Source: an uncultured Verrucomicrobiae bacterium
GTDB lineage: Bacteria > Verrucomicrobiota > Verrucomicrobiia > Chthoniobacterales > JAATET01
DNA: 64,000 bases
Reading direction: 5' to 3'
Assembly (NCBI GenBank): GCA_963803825.1
Contig: CAWDOJ010000003.1
Coordinates: 151,724-215,723, forward strand
The number at the start of each line of letters is the position of its first letter. Within the stretch, counting starts at the first letter, position 1. The notes beneath the pieces are model-generated. The model worked only from the letters and a program-made list of their open reading frames with translations. It searched no databases and was not told where the DNA came from. Positions 12,611-23,310 of the stretch are shown in pieces. A program made the translations under genes and the position numbers.

Positions 12611-15132
12611 CGCGATCTGGGGTTGTGGCACACGGCTAGACGGCCAGGGCGGGGGAGGGACTCGCCGCCCGGCCGGGAGCGGATCACGTGGCTCTGGAGG
12701 ACCTCGGCGGCGGTCCGCAAGTGAACTTTGGCGATGCTCTCGGGGAGGACGTCGGGTCCTGCGAGCGGATGAGGTCGGTGGCGCGGTTTTGACTGGGGCG
12801 TGGCTCGTCGCGGGAGGGTGACGCCGAGGCGCTGGCCCTGGTTGATCGACGATTGATCAACGCCTCCAGCCAGGAGTATCGAGCGGTGGTGATGGCTGGT
12901 CGGACTTGCTTCGGTGCGCCGATCCAGTTGGAGCCGTTGGCCGCGTCGATGAGGGCGTGTTCGACGAGGGAGGCGTCGCGCAATTGTCGGAGAGGCGCGG
13001 GGGCAATTGCGCCGCTCGCAGAGATTCTCGATGGCTCGGGCGCGCCCAGGCCAGGAGGCGATGTTCTTCATCTTCGTGTGAGTGTGTTCGGATCGCTCCG
13101 GGGACGAGGATCAGCGTCGAGCGGTCTCTTCGATCTTCGAATCGCGGTACGAGGGTGCGGATCTGGGTGTTCGATTTGATCGCTTCTGCTGTTGGTGACC
13201 TGATTCGGCGAAAATGTCGGGGCTGTTCGTCGTCGGTGAGACGCTGCTGATGACCAGCGGCCGAGAGTTCGCCTCTGCTGGGACTGGTCCATCGAAGTGT
13301 GGGGTGAGGAGGTCGGGGGTCGAGCTCTGACCGTCCCCCAGAGTCGAAGGCGGCCTCGCGAGGACGTGGTCCGAGGGTAAAGGCGACGAAGTCTTCACTC
13401 TGCCTGCAGGTAGGGCTGCCTTTTCTCGAGAACGGCGACGGTGAAGCTGCCTTTGCGGGCGGCGTAGTGGGTGTAAGGCTTCTCTTCGAATGAGTTCCGC
13501 GCGACGAGGGCGACGCGGGAGGGACTGGACCTGGGCGTCGGGGCGGAAGTGATCTGGTGTAGGTAGTCAAAATGAGGAAATCGAAAATTAGAAATCGTCC
13601 GGGAGCACGCGGGGGCGGGTGGTGATGGTTCGACTCGGGTGGGGGTTTTGGGCGGCATTGCGGGGATTTGGTTGGTGGTCGAGGGAGGGAATCTGCCTTG
13701 GGCGGGTGGATCAGCGCATCCTTACGCGGCGCTGGTCAGCCAACTGGACTGCCAGCAGGGTCACGGTGGCGGCGGTGGCGCCGGTACTTCGAGCGGTGGA
13801 TGGCGCGGTGGCCGACCTGGGGGAGCTGGCGGCAGCGGGGGAAGGATGAGGGCGCCGTCGGCGTGGGAGGGGCTGGGGATCATCGGCGCCGGCGGATCTG
13901 GTCGGCGGGGTGCGGTGGTCGGAGTGGTTCCGGTGGGTGGTGCCGGAGGGGTATGAGGCATCCGCCGTCCGCCGGGCGTCGGGAACACACGGCGAACGTG
14001 GTGCGGCGTTCGCGCTTCGATCGAGCTGCGCCGTGGTGGATGGGAACGTGGTCGGCGCCGGCGTGGTGTTCGATGATGATGATCTGATCGACTTGGTCGT
14101 AGATGTTAGTGGTGCGTGGCCCAGCTTGCAGGAGGCGTCATGGTGGATCGACAACTGGGCTGATCATGGGCTTCCGCTGTTGTTGTTTTGGAGCTGCCTG
14201 GTTTGGCCTGTCCGGTGCGCGAATTCGCGCGGGGAATGTTATGCGGAGGGTCTGCCGTTGAAGTGGTGCGCGAAGGTGACAAAGTTGCGGACGCGGGGGG
14301 CTTGGATCGTGGTGGATGGGCGGGGTGCGGCTGGAGCGGTCAGAGGGTCCGCGTTGGCGCGGAATGTGGGTGCTGCTGTAGGTGAGGGGTCGAAGGTCGA
14401 GGTTCGGAAGCTTCGGTCGGCATCCGCTGGTGCGGATGTGCTGGAGGTGGAGGCCTTATCCGTCATCACTTGATACGTGGGTGCGGATGGAGGTGGTCGT
14501 GGCAGGTGTGCATGGGTTGCGGGTGCTTCCGCGATGAGGATCTCGTAGGGCTGGCCGAGGCTGTTCTCGCATCGACGGGCTGATCCGCGTCCGGCCGGGG
14601 GCGTCGTACTTCTGAAGCTGGAGCGGATGGTGACGGGCGGAATAGCGGGAAGCGGCGGGGCGCGATGGCCTTCTGCCTGGCGCCACTCTTGTTGAACCAC
14701 CTCGACCGGGCGGACATCTCGTTCGCGATCTGCTGATCGAAATAAATTGGGTTGGATAACGCGCAGTTGGTCGCCATGTTGCCTTCGCGCTGGGGACGTT
14801 GGGGCTGGTGAACGGCATCGTGGTCGCTGGATCGGAGTGTGCGAGCGCTGTGGGGCGGGGCGGCGTCGGCTTCGTCGCTTGTGATGATCGGGAAAGGAGT
14901 TCGCCCTTCGTTTTGCGGTTTTCTGCTTCTTCGATCCGCTGGGCGTTGTAGGGCGTGAATCCTCCGGCTGATGAATCGGTGATGGCGGATCGGATGTCGC
15001 TGGGTTAAGCTGGGACAGAGTTGCGCTATCGGGCTGGTCGGCGCCCGTTGCGCTGCTATTGTGGCCGCTGTCGCTCAGATGATCGCTCGGGATCGGTTGG
15101 CGTGATGTTTTGCTCGTGCTCGGTGGCGGGGC

Positions 15133-15787
15133 TTGTCCTGGGGGGACCGACGCCGTGGCTCTACTGCTATGGACCGAGGGAAGAAGGCGGCCAGGCGTCC
15201 TGGCGGGGCGGGGTCCGGCCAAACTGCTCCGAGACCGGACCATGCTGGCGTACTGCTGGTCATCTTCGTGTTTGGAGACGCGCCGCTTTCGCGCGAACCG
15301 GTTGCCGGTCATCTGGAGCAGTTACGGCATGGGATTCAAGGCAAATGGGGCGGTTCTTGGTGCCGTCGTGGGGGACGGCTGGGGGACCTGATGGTGCTGG
15401 TGCTGGCTGTCGGATCGATTGACGGCGCGGACGGGCAGCGTCCGGGCGGCGCGGCGGGGACCTATCTGGATCGGGCAGGCGGTCGCGGTGGTGTTCTTCG
15501 GTGCGCTGTTGGTGGTGCGCGATCCGCTGGTCGCGGGCGCGCGCTTGTCGTTGGCGATCGGGTTCGCGATGATGCCGAACGCGCTGTTTTACTCGATCTG
15601 CATGATCTTTTTCGGATCGGTCGGGGGCGGTGATGGGGCATCTTGGTCACCTTCTTCTTGCTTCGGATCGTGGTCGCCGCCGACGGCGGTCGAGTCACGA
15701 GCGTTTCGGGGATCTTCAGTTGCTGATCGGGGCGTCGACCTGATCGTGTTCGGGCGGCGTTGGAATGGTGGTGTTCGCGCGGCCTGA
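15133..15787 (+). pseudogene. trpF: Possible phosphoribosylanthranilate isomerase, heavily broken
   Basis: Weak evidence. Fragments HAGVLLVIFVF..PLSREPV and a GVD..SSG-like C-terminal stretch lie immediately upstream of trpB. The call rests mainly on context. Confidence 0.3.
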
Positions 15788-15802
15788 ATGCTAGGTGCGG
15801 AC

Positions 15803-16897
15803 ATGAAACCGTTGATTCCGAGCCGGACCAGACGGGGCACTTGGAGAGGACGGGGGAACGTTCTGTCCGGAGACGCTGATGATGGTGCTGCAGAGTTGGA
15901 CGGGGCCGTACACCGAAGCGCGGAAAGACGAGGCGTTTCGGCGGAGTTGGCCGCTGCTCCAGGCTTCCCTGGCCGTCGAAGCCCGTTGGCCAGTTTCGCG
16001 GGTGTTCTCGCGTCGTCCAGCGGCTGGGCGACGATCAGCGAGAGGATCGCCGCACAGGGGGGCGCAGATCAAGAACGCCGTGGGCAACGATCCTGGCCGG
16101 CGGATGGGGAAGAAGCGCGTGATCGGCGGCGGAGACGGGGGCGGGGGCACATGGTCGCGACACGGTGACGGTGGCGGGCGCGCTTTGGGCGCGAGTGCAT
16201 GATCTACATGGGGCTGGTCGACATGGAGCGGCAGGCTCTCAACGTGGCGCGGCATGCGGCTCCGGGGAGCGAGTTGTCGCGGTGACGGCGGGGCAGGCGA
16301 CGCTGAAGGAGGCGGTGAACGAGGCGATGTGCGACGGGCGACTCAACGTGCGGTTGATGCATCATCGGAACCGCTACGGAGCGCATCCTGGAATCCGAAA
16401 GACGGCGCGGGACTTCATGGGTGATCGGGACCAAAGTGTCGGCAGGTGTTGCAATGAAGAAGTGGCTGCTGGATCTCCTGGTTGGCTCGCGCTCGGGGTG
16501 GTGGAAGAACGCGTATCGGGGCTGTCCGCACCCCTTCCTCAACGACGAGGCGGTGAGGATGGTCGGGGTCGAAGCTGCGGTCGTTGGATCGCGAGGGTGA
16601 GCATGTGGCGCTGGTTCAGGGTGGTCGCCTCGGGGCGCCGCAGGGGGCGAGATGGTCGCCGGCCGACGACGACGGTCAGATCGAGCTGGACGCATTCCGC
16701 GGTCGGCGGGATCTGGATCACGCCGCCGGTCGGCTGGTATCGCCAACCTGCGGGACGTGGGGTCGGGCGCGACGTACTACGCAACGGACGACGAAGCGCT
16801 GGGGGCATCTCTCCGGATGCTGGCGGAGGCGGAGGGAACGATCCGGCACTCGAAGTTGGCCCACGCCGTGGCCTACGCCACGAAGGTGGTGCTGTAG
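15803..16897 (+). pseudogene. trpB: Tryptophan synthase beta chain, many frame breaks
   Basis: ATG at 15803. Collinear fragments: PDQTGH, KDEAFRRSW, GAQIKNAVG, RRMGKKRVI, ATLKEAVNEAM and YYATDDEALGA..RMLAEAEGTI...HAVAYATKVV, with a stop at 16895-16897. Confidence 0.8.
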
Positions 16898-18005
16898 ATG
16901 GCGAAGGACGAGATCGTCGTGATCAATCTTCGGGTCGGGGAGACAAGGACGTCGACCAGGCAATGCGGATGTCGTTGTAGTCGGTCCCTTCGGCAAGGCT
17001 TCGGAGGACTCGCTCGGCGCCATCCGCTGGTGAAGTGGTCGATATCTCGAGGTTGTTGCACTGATTCCGTCGTACTGGGGTCCCAGAGTTTCAGCGCGGC
17101 TTCGTCCGCTGTCCCGACGCCGCGGCCTGCTGACGGCTGCAACGGGCCCGGTGAGGATCGGGGCGGGTGTAGAGCGAACCTCGTCGACCAGGTTCTGGTC
17201 AAAAAAGGCTCCGAGGGTCTGGCCGCTGCTCGACGACAATTGAAGCTCACGCTCCGCGCCAGCGTGTCGAGAAGATCGGAGAGCGGGGACGATCGTTGGG
17301 GTCGAGGCGGCGGCGATCGGCGAAGATTTTTCGAAGTCGGGGACGTTCTCATTTTACGAGATGATGCGGCGCGGTTGGGGTTGCGCCGGGGATGCTGCGG
17401 ACGGTGAAGGCTGGGGTCGTCGGTGCGGATGGTTCCGGGCTCGACGAGAATGGCGTCGACTTCTCGGAGCGGCAGGCGTATCGCGTCGGCGCGGGACGCC
17501 TTCGCAGGTGAGCCAGCGCGAACGGGGTGGGAGGAGATCTGATCGTCGAGGGACAGGCCGGACTCCTCGCGATGACGTAGGGCTCGCCGGTTGCGATCGA
17601 ATTCGATCCAGGTGCGGGTCGAAGTCGGCGGTCTCCGCGTGAAGGGACGCCGGGCGTGACGGCGAGACCCGCTCGGGAGAGGTAGGCGGCGGGCGCGTCC
17701 GGCGTGGGCGGGATGCGGTCCGAGGCGAAGAACGCGGGCGAATCGGCGCGCCATGATCGCGTTGGTGCAAGCGGAGCTTCGGCCATGGTCGAGCAGGGTC
17801 CAGCGTGACGTAGAGCGTGGCATCGGTGGTGCGGACGCGGGTCCCAGTCGGGCAAGCGTCGACCTCGGCGTGCGGGCGGAGCCAGCAGCGGCGTGGTGGA
17901 AACTGATGGCGAGGACGCGGCCGCCACGGACGATAATGGTGCCATGGGGCTGGGTCGGGCCGGGCGTGACCGAGGCCGTAGGCGGTCGGCAAGTGCCGCG
18001 CGCAT
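16873..18005 (-). pseudogene. ribD: Bifunctional riboflavin biosynthesis deaminase/reductase, many frame breaks
   Basis: Fragments: MRAALAD, GTIIVRGGRVL..FHH, HAEVDA, ATLYVTLDP / DHGRSSACTNAI (zinc-deaminase region), VDAILVEPGTIRTDDPSLT and TLGAFFDQNLVDEV..APILTG. The 3' end is approximate. Confidence 0.7.
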
Positions 18006-18651
18006 GAAGCGGATGTCGGCGGGCGGATTTCACGGGAAGGAGCGGTAGGTAGACGTGGCGGGGCGCTCCAGGTCTCAGCGATCACCGAAACGTCGGCGCT
18101 CCTCAACCGAGACGGATCCGGGGCCGGTGCTGGTGGTGATCGCGTCGGTGGTGGTCGACGGCGGCGGCGGCGGCGACGGCGGCGGCAGTTCGGTGTCGGT
18201 CTGGGCCGGTCTACGAGGTGAAGATGAGTGGATGGAGTCCGTGTTGACGTGAGGATCGAGACCGTCTTGTTGTTCGTAGTGGATTGAAGCCCGCCGATGG
18301 ATTGTTTTGCTGGTGACGATGATGAGAGCTTGTCGAGCGTAGCGAGGGCGGGCTCGATGGTGTGGTCAAGTTCCTGGACTCGGCGAGGCACGCGTTCACC
18401 CTCGTCGTGGGTGAGTGGTCGGCGATGAAACCGCGTCGACGATGAGGAGAGCCGTGGGGGTTGGTATCCAGGAAGTCGGACGGCGCGGTCGTCATCTCGG
18501 CGAGACTGGGCGGCCAAGGCGGATCGGGTCGTTGCTGGGAGCTGCCAGACCGCCGTGACCGAACATCCCGAAGACGCGGGGGTATTCGCCACGCTGGGGT
18601 GCGCGTCAGGTCGGCTTCTGAGCGGACGATGTCGGAACCTGCTTGCGGAGT

Positions 18652-19233
18652 TCAGCATGAGGTCTCGGCCGATCGTGCGGAGCTGTCTCGCTCTCGGCAG
18701 AAGTGGCTCTCCACCACCGAGAACGAGCGAAAGGTCGACGTCGTCGACGAACTCGCCGGGCCAGTTCCAGGTGGTCGAGAGGGTCGTCGGTCTGGGCGTA
18801 GAAGGCTGCGGTCGCGGCGTCCGCTAGAGCGTGTCGGCGACATGCCTGTGGCCGCGGCCGGCGCGTCGGGCGAGTTGAACAGGGCTGGGAGAGGATCGCC
18901 GGCGGCGTCGATGGAGAGATGGCGGATGTTGATGTGTTGTCCGGTGGCGAGAGCGATGCGGCGGACGAGGCGTCGGGGACGGCGAGCCCGTTCGCGTAGG
19001 TCGTGAGCACTGCGAGGTGCGGGCGAGAGATTCAGCCGAAGCCGGGGGTGGTCCTGGCACTCTCCGGGTACAGTCGGGGGTGCGGGAGTAGCTAGGCGTC
19101 GAGGCTCGTCGCCGACGAAGAGAATGATGGCGAGGGGGCGCTGGACGACCGACTGGTGGGCTAGAGAGTGCTGAGACCTGATGAAAACGAGGACGCAGGC
19201 GCAGAGTGAGGAAGTGGTTGCGACGTTCGACAT
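18652..19233 (-). CDS. Hypothetical protein (probably continues downstream with frame breaks)
   Basis: ATG start with G/C-rich third positions over the first ~130 codons. No family recognised. Confidence 0.3.
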   Translation of the reverse strand: MSNVATTSSLCACVLVFIRSQHSLAHQSVVQRPLAIILFVGDEPRRLATPAPPTVPGECQDHPRLRLNLSPAPRSAHDLRERARRPRRLVRRIALATGQHINIRHLSIDAAGDPLPALFNSPDAPAAATGMSPTRSSGRRDRSLLRPDRRPSRPPGTGPASSSTTSTFRSFSVVESHFCRERDSSARSAETSC

Positions 19234-19770
19234 GAGGGGGGTGGCTATCTATGCTGTACTGTGAGGGAAGGAAAAGTGGAAGCTCTCGGGGAAATGATTC
19301 TGCGGCTGTGGCGACGAAGACTATACGAAGAGCCAGGTCGCCTGTGGCGGAATGGTAACAGAGCGCCCTTGGACGTTATTCATGGGTCGAGTTGATGTGG
19401 AGCGATCGGCGGTCTGGTCGGAATTTCTGGGTGAATCGGTGGGACTGTGAGACGCATGAAGAATGACGGGACTCTGTGAGTATCTCAAGGCATTGGACCT
19501 CGGAGGTGGTCTGGTGGGCGCAAGGGCGGGGCGACGAGCGAACGGGCGACTAGTCGGGCGGGTGAACGTGCGACGCTCGGGCGGACGGGAATCAAGTCGT
19601 GACTCGCGCTGGGAACGGTTGAATGGTTGGAACGGGGCGTCGAATCAGACGAGGCAAGCTGGGATCGGGGTGTCGTGGATCTGCTGGAGGAGGCATTCGA
19701 GCGGGGCGCGAATTCTGGGACGTGGTGGACCAGATGGGGGAGCTGATCCCAACTGGCGGAGGGGGTCGAA

Positions 19771-20310
19771 GTGGTGCCGTTGGACAAGGCGGGGGCGACC
19801 CCACTGAAGTCAAACTCGGAGGATGCGGGCGGGGATGTGGTCAACATTGATCGTTTCCGGAAGAAGTTGGCACTGATCGGCATCGATGTGCCGTTGCTGG
19901 CACTGGAAGACGTGAACTGGGTCGCTGAGCGTGCGGGCGCGATGGAGGTGATGGCCGACGCGAAAGGGTCGGGATCATCGGTGACTGGCGCCTGGGCGAT
20001 CTCCTTCGAGGCGCTCGAACGGCGGCTGCGGACTCGATCGGGTCGAAGTGGATCTGCGAGGATCAACCGAAGCTGGCGGCGTCACGCGCCGGTCACTGGG
20101 GTGCTGCTCGATTCCTTCCAGGGCAAGACGAATGCCGACGGGGAAGGTGCTATCTGGGATGAAATCTTCGGCGCCGGGGACGGCTCGCGAGGAAGATGGA
20201 TGACTTGTCTGCGATACGCGACGAAGCAGGACTGCGTGCCGATGTTTCATCGGCTGCGAGAGCGGCGGCAGCTCCGCGAGGTGATCGACGGGATCGAGTG
20301 GCTGAGGTAA
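19771..20310 (+). CDS. Hypothetical protein
   Basis: This frame has clearly G/C-biased third positions (checked codon by codon over 20101-20310) and ends in TAA. The sequence VVNIDRFRKKLALIGIDVPLLALEDVNWVAERAG... is non-repetitive. The 5' part is probably broken. Confidence 0.45.
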   Translation: MVPLDKAGATPLKSNSEDAGGDVVNIDRFRKKLALIGIDVPLLALEDVNWVAERAGAMEVMADAKGSGSSVTGAWAISFEALERRLRTRSGRSGSARINRSWRRHAPVTGVLLDSFQGKTNADGEGAIWDEIFGAGDGSRGRWMTCLRYATKQDCVPMFHRLRERRQLREVIDGIEWLR

Positions 20311-22703
20311 ACGGTCTTGGAGAGGACGGCGACCGGGTTGGGCGGTAGCGGGCGCCGGCAGCATCGGGGTGCTGGTAGGCCTGGTGGGCTGCGGCTTGAA
20401 GGGCCTCGGCGGCGGGCTGAGTCCAGGGGGCAGCGAGCGGGGTCGTCCGGATCGGGGCGCGCTGGATGTGCCGAAGTAAGGAGTGCGACTCGAGGGCGCG
20501 CGTTCGACGTCTCGCGGATCATCGCGTCGGCGGGGATGGAGCGGACGCCGCTGGCGCGGGTCTCGGCCAGTACGTCCCGGCTGGTGCCTTCGCCAAGGCG
20601 GGGCAGGCCGTTCGAGGTAACCCGCGGCCTCGACGTGGCCAAGGGCGCGGGCCTGGTGATCGCCGAGGCGGCGGCATTCGCCGGCGGCCAAGGTCGGCCA
20701 ATCGGTGGCCGCCTCGGAGATTCGCGAGGCGGGCAACGATCTCTTCGATGGGGTAGGTGTGTCTTCCAAGTGCGGCGGCGATGACGAGGCCTTCGCCGCT
20801 GGAAACGGGCGGCGATGCGGCCGTCGGCGGTCGGGACGCCAAGGGCGTCGATGAGGCCGAGCTTGCGCCAAGCGTGGGCGGGCGACGCTGGGGGGATTGA
20901 ATGCGGGGACTTCGGCGGTGGCCAGGTGGGTGTCCGGGTTGAGTTCGACGCGGCGGCGGGGCGGGGCGAGGAGTGCGCGGTCGTGCGGGTCCATGGTCGC
21001 TGCCCACGGGCTGGTCGCCGAGGCTCAGCTGAAGGGCGAGGATCTCGCCGCGTTGGGCGAGGCCGAGGACGGGGAGGTCGGTGAGGAGGGGCGCGACGGT
21101 GGTGAGAAATTCGGATTTGGTAAAGGTCTCGGCTTTGGTGAGGTGGAGCTTTTTGCGGACCCAGGGGAGGGGGCGGAGGCGGTTGTCTTCGGTGGGGTGG
21201 GCGGCACTCAATTCTTGCCGTAAACAAAGCCGGTGGGGGTGGAGATCTTACAAATTTGGCCCGGGCCGTGCGATTCGGCGACGGCTGGGACGCGGAGGGC
21301 GGGTTGCCATTTTTCCTTGTGAAAGGCGAGGCAGTCGGCGAGTGGGCGTGATCCGGTGCGGGCGTCTTTGGCGGGCTGCCAGGTGCCGGTGCTGTCGAGG
21401 TATTCTTCGCGGGTGGGGTTGAGGAAAGAGGGGGGGGCGTTTTGAGGAGGAGAGGGGGAGAGGGGTTCCAGTCCGAGAGTGGGAGCCTGGGGGCTGAAGA
21501 GATTGTTGGCAGGCTCGGCGGGCGGCTTCGAGGGGGTTGCGCCCTTGTTCGGCGGCGGTTTCCATGACGCGGAGGAGGCTGGGCCAATCGATCTCGTTGA
21601 CGCGGCGAAGGGGGCGCTGACTGGCATCGTAGAGGCGGGGGCCGTCGCGGGCGACGATGAGGGTGCCTTCGGTGTCGAGGCCACGGCGACCGGCGCGGCC
21701 ATACATTTGCAGGAGTTCGTCGGAGCGGAGTTCGCGCTGGATCGGACCGTCCTGGTAGCTGGTGCCGGCGATGGCGACGGAGCGGACGGAGAAATTGATG
21801 CCAGCGGCGAGGCCGGTGGTGGCGACGATGAAGTGGAGGTGGCCGTTCTTGGCGAGGGGTTCGATCCAGTGGGCGCGGGCGGCGTAGGGGAGGCCGCTGT
21901 GGTGGAAGGCGGTGCGGCGGGCGAGGAGGCGGGAGAGGTCCTTGCCGAGGAGGGTCTGAGCTTGGGCGGGATGGGGATGGCGTCCTGCAGGGGGAGGGCT
22001 TCGCTGAGGTGGCGGGCGATCTTTTCCGCGTCGGCGCGGCGGGGGGCGAAGATGAGCAGCGGGGTGAGGTGGGCGAGGTAGGCGGCGGCGGCGAGGCGGG
22101 GCCAGTAGCCTCGGACGGAGTCGGGGACGCGGGGGAGATTTTCTTGAGGGATCTCGTTGAGGGGGACGGGGCGGTCGGCGACGCGGATGATCTCAGTCGT
22201 GCGACCGAGGCGTTGGAACCAATCGGCGACGGCTGCGGGGTTGCGGACGCTGCCGCTGAGGAGGAGGAGTTGCGTGCGGTCGGGGGGCGCGAGGGCGAGG
22301 GCGAGTTCGTAGTTGAGGCCGCGGCGGGGGTCGGCGAGCATCTGGTATTCGTCGATGACGAGGGTGCCTGGGGCGTCGCCGGAAAGGATGCGCTCGCGTT
22401 GGGTTTCGAGGGTGGCGACGAGGATGGGGGCACGGGTGTTCTCGGCAAGATCGCCGGTGGCGATGCCGACGTCCCAGCCGCGGCGTTGCCACTCGGTCCA
22501 TTTGTCGTTGGCGAGGGCCGGGTCGGGACGGTGTAGACGGCTTGGCCGCGACGGGCGGCGGCTCCGGAGTCGACGTGGAGTTCGAAGACGCGCGTCTTAC
22601 CGGCACCGGTGGGGGCGTCGACGAGGACGTCGTGCCCGGCCATGAGGGCGCGGACGGCTTGCTGCTGCCAGAGGTCCGGGACGTCGAGGGCGATCTGGAG
22701 CAC
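20311..22703 (-). pseudogene. Superfamily-2 (Ski2/Lhr-like DExH-type) helicase, at least 3 frame breaks
   Basis: GTG start at 22703. Helicase motifs are collinear but spread across frames: motif I VDAPTGAGKT, motif II LVIDEYQ, FHHSGL, ATTGLAAGINFSVRSV and motif VI QMYGRAGRRGLD. The 3' end is uncertain. Confidence 0.75.
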
Positions 22704-22713
22704 GCTCGACGGT

Positions 22714-22746
22714 AATGAGAAATGGGGAATGCGAAATGAGAAATGG
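22714..22746. repeat. GAAATG micro-array (AATGAGAAATGG x2, 9-nt spacer)
   Basis: aatgagaaatgg ggaatgcga aatgagaaatgg lies directly upstream of the helicase start. Its unit resembles the GAAATGGGG unit of the composite repeats. Confidence 0.6.
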
Positions 22747-22838
22747 TTGGCGGCTTCGCCGGGAGAACGTGAGTGGCTTCACTGCTTGGGAAGCTTGAGG
22801 GTGTTGCGGCCAGGCAAAAACCTCCGCGCTCTTACCGC

Positions 22839-23108
22839 TCACCCGGTCAAATTCTGATAGACCTCCAAGAGCTGCCGCCGCTTCAGTTCTTCCCGAAGGC
22901 CATCGTGATCAATCAGGGTCGAGGAGATTTCGAGCATTCGCCGGATATCGCTAACGTGCTTCTCGCCGCCGCCCTCGGAGAAAAAGGTCACTTTCCAGAG
23001 GATGACGTATTCTGGTGACGCACAGTGGATCTCGGTGAGGGTTCGTCGATTCCGCCAAGCCCAGGCGAAAAACGCGTCGTTCTGAGAAGGGTAGAAGTCC
23101 GCCTCCAA
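22839..23108 (-). CDS. Small hypothetical protein
   Basis: ORF 22839..23153(-). The non-repetitive sequence FYPSQNDAFFAWAWRNRRTLTEIHCASPEYVILWKVTFF...RRQLLEVYQNLTG looks like real coding. The first ~15 codons of the tracked ORF are just a translated repeat, so a TTG near 23108 is a more plausible start. Confidence 0.4.
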   Translation of the reverse strand: MEADFYPSQNDAFFAWAWRNRRTLTEIHCASPEYVILWKVTFFSEGGGEKHVSDIRRMLEISSTLIDHDGLREELKRRQLLEVYQNLTG

Positions 23109-23115
23109 GAATTGT

Positions 23116-23229
23116 AAAAATGGGGTCAAAACTGGGGTTATAAATGGGGTCATAAATGGGGTCAGGTGTCAAAAATCAAACCGCTTCGGTGGGTACTCAA
23201 GTTTTGATACCTGACCCCATCCCCGATCC
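23116..23229. repeat. Composite palindromic repeat, copy A
   Basis: Four left units (AAAATGGGGTCA, AAACTGGGGTTA, TAAATGGGGTCA x2) precede the core GGTGTCAAAAATCAAACCGCTTCGGTGGGTACTCAAGTTTTGATACC. One inverted unit TGACCCCAT follows. Confidence 0.85.
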
Positions 23230-23310
23230 ACCCACTTTCGACCATTCAGGTCCATCCTTCAGGGCGATCGGATGCGGCTGCTTCCGTGGCGAGTTACGAA
23301 CGAATGTCGG

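Noticed and set aside
14239-18658. Long minus-strand ORFs (14239..15312, 16873..18033, 17354..18658) suggesting large Pro-rich proteins or a foreign or prophage region
   Set aside because: Between 15.1 and 18.0 kb, the recognisable pieces under and around the latter two ORFs are housekeeping (trpF?, trpB, ribD) in shifted frames, and the low-complexity stretches are out-of-frame read-through. The 14239..15312 segment is unassigned, but I saw no integrase, capsid, terminase or transposase motifs anywhere in the region.
19234-19770. Visibly lower-GC 535-bp divergent gap as a possible ncRNA (RNase P, SRP, tmRNA, 6S)
   Set aside because: None of the universal motifs I know is present (for example GAGGAAAGTCCGGGC of RNase P, the SRP GGAA/AGCA domain IV, or the tmRNA 3' tRNA-like end). 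The distal part probably encodes the broken 5' end of the 19771..20310 protein.
20247-22703. 818-aa ORF taken at face value as one intact protein
   Set aside because: Only the first ~65 residues (to ...AVYTVPTR) are helicase sequence. The rest is Pro/Ser/Thr/Arg-rich out-of-frame reading. The true helicase continues in two other frames (ORFs 21208..22341 and 21248..21706).
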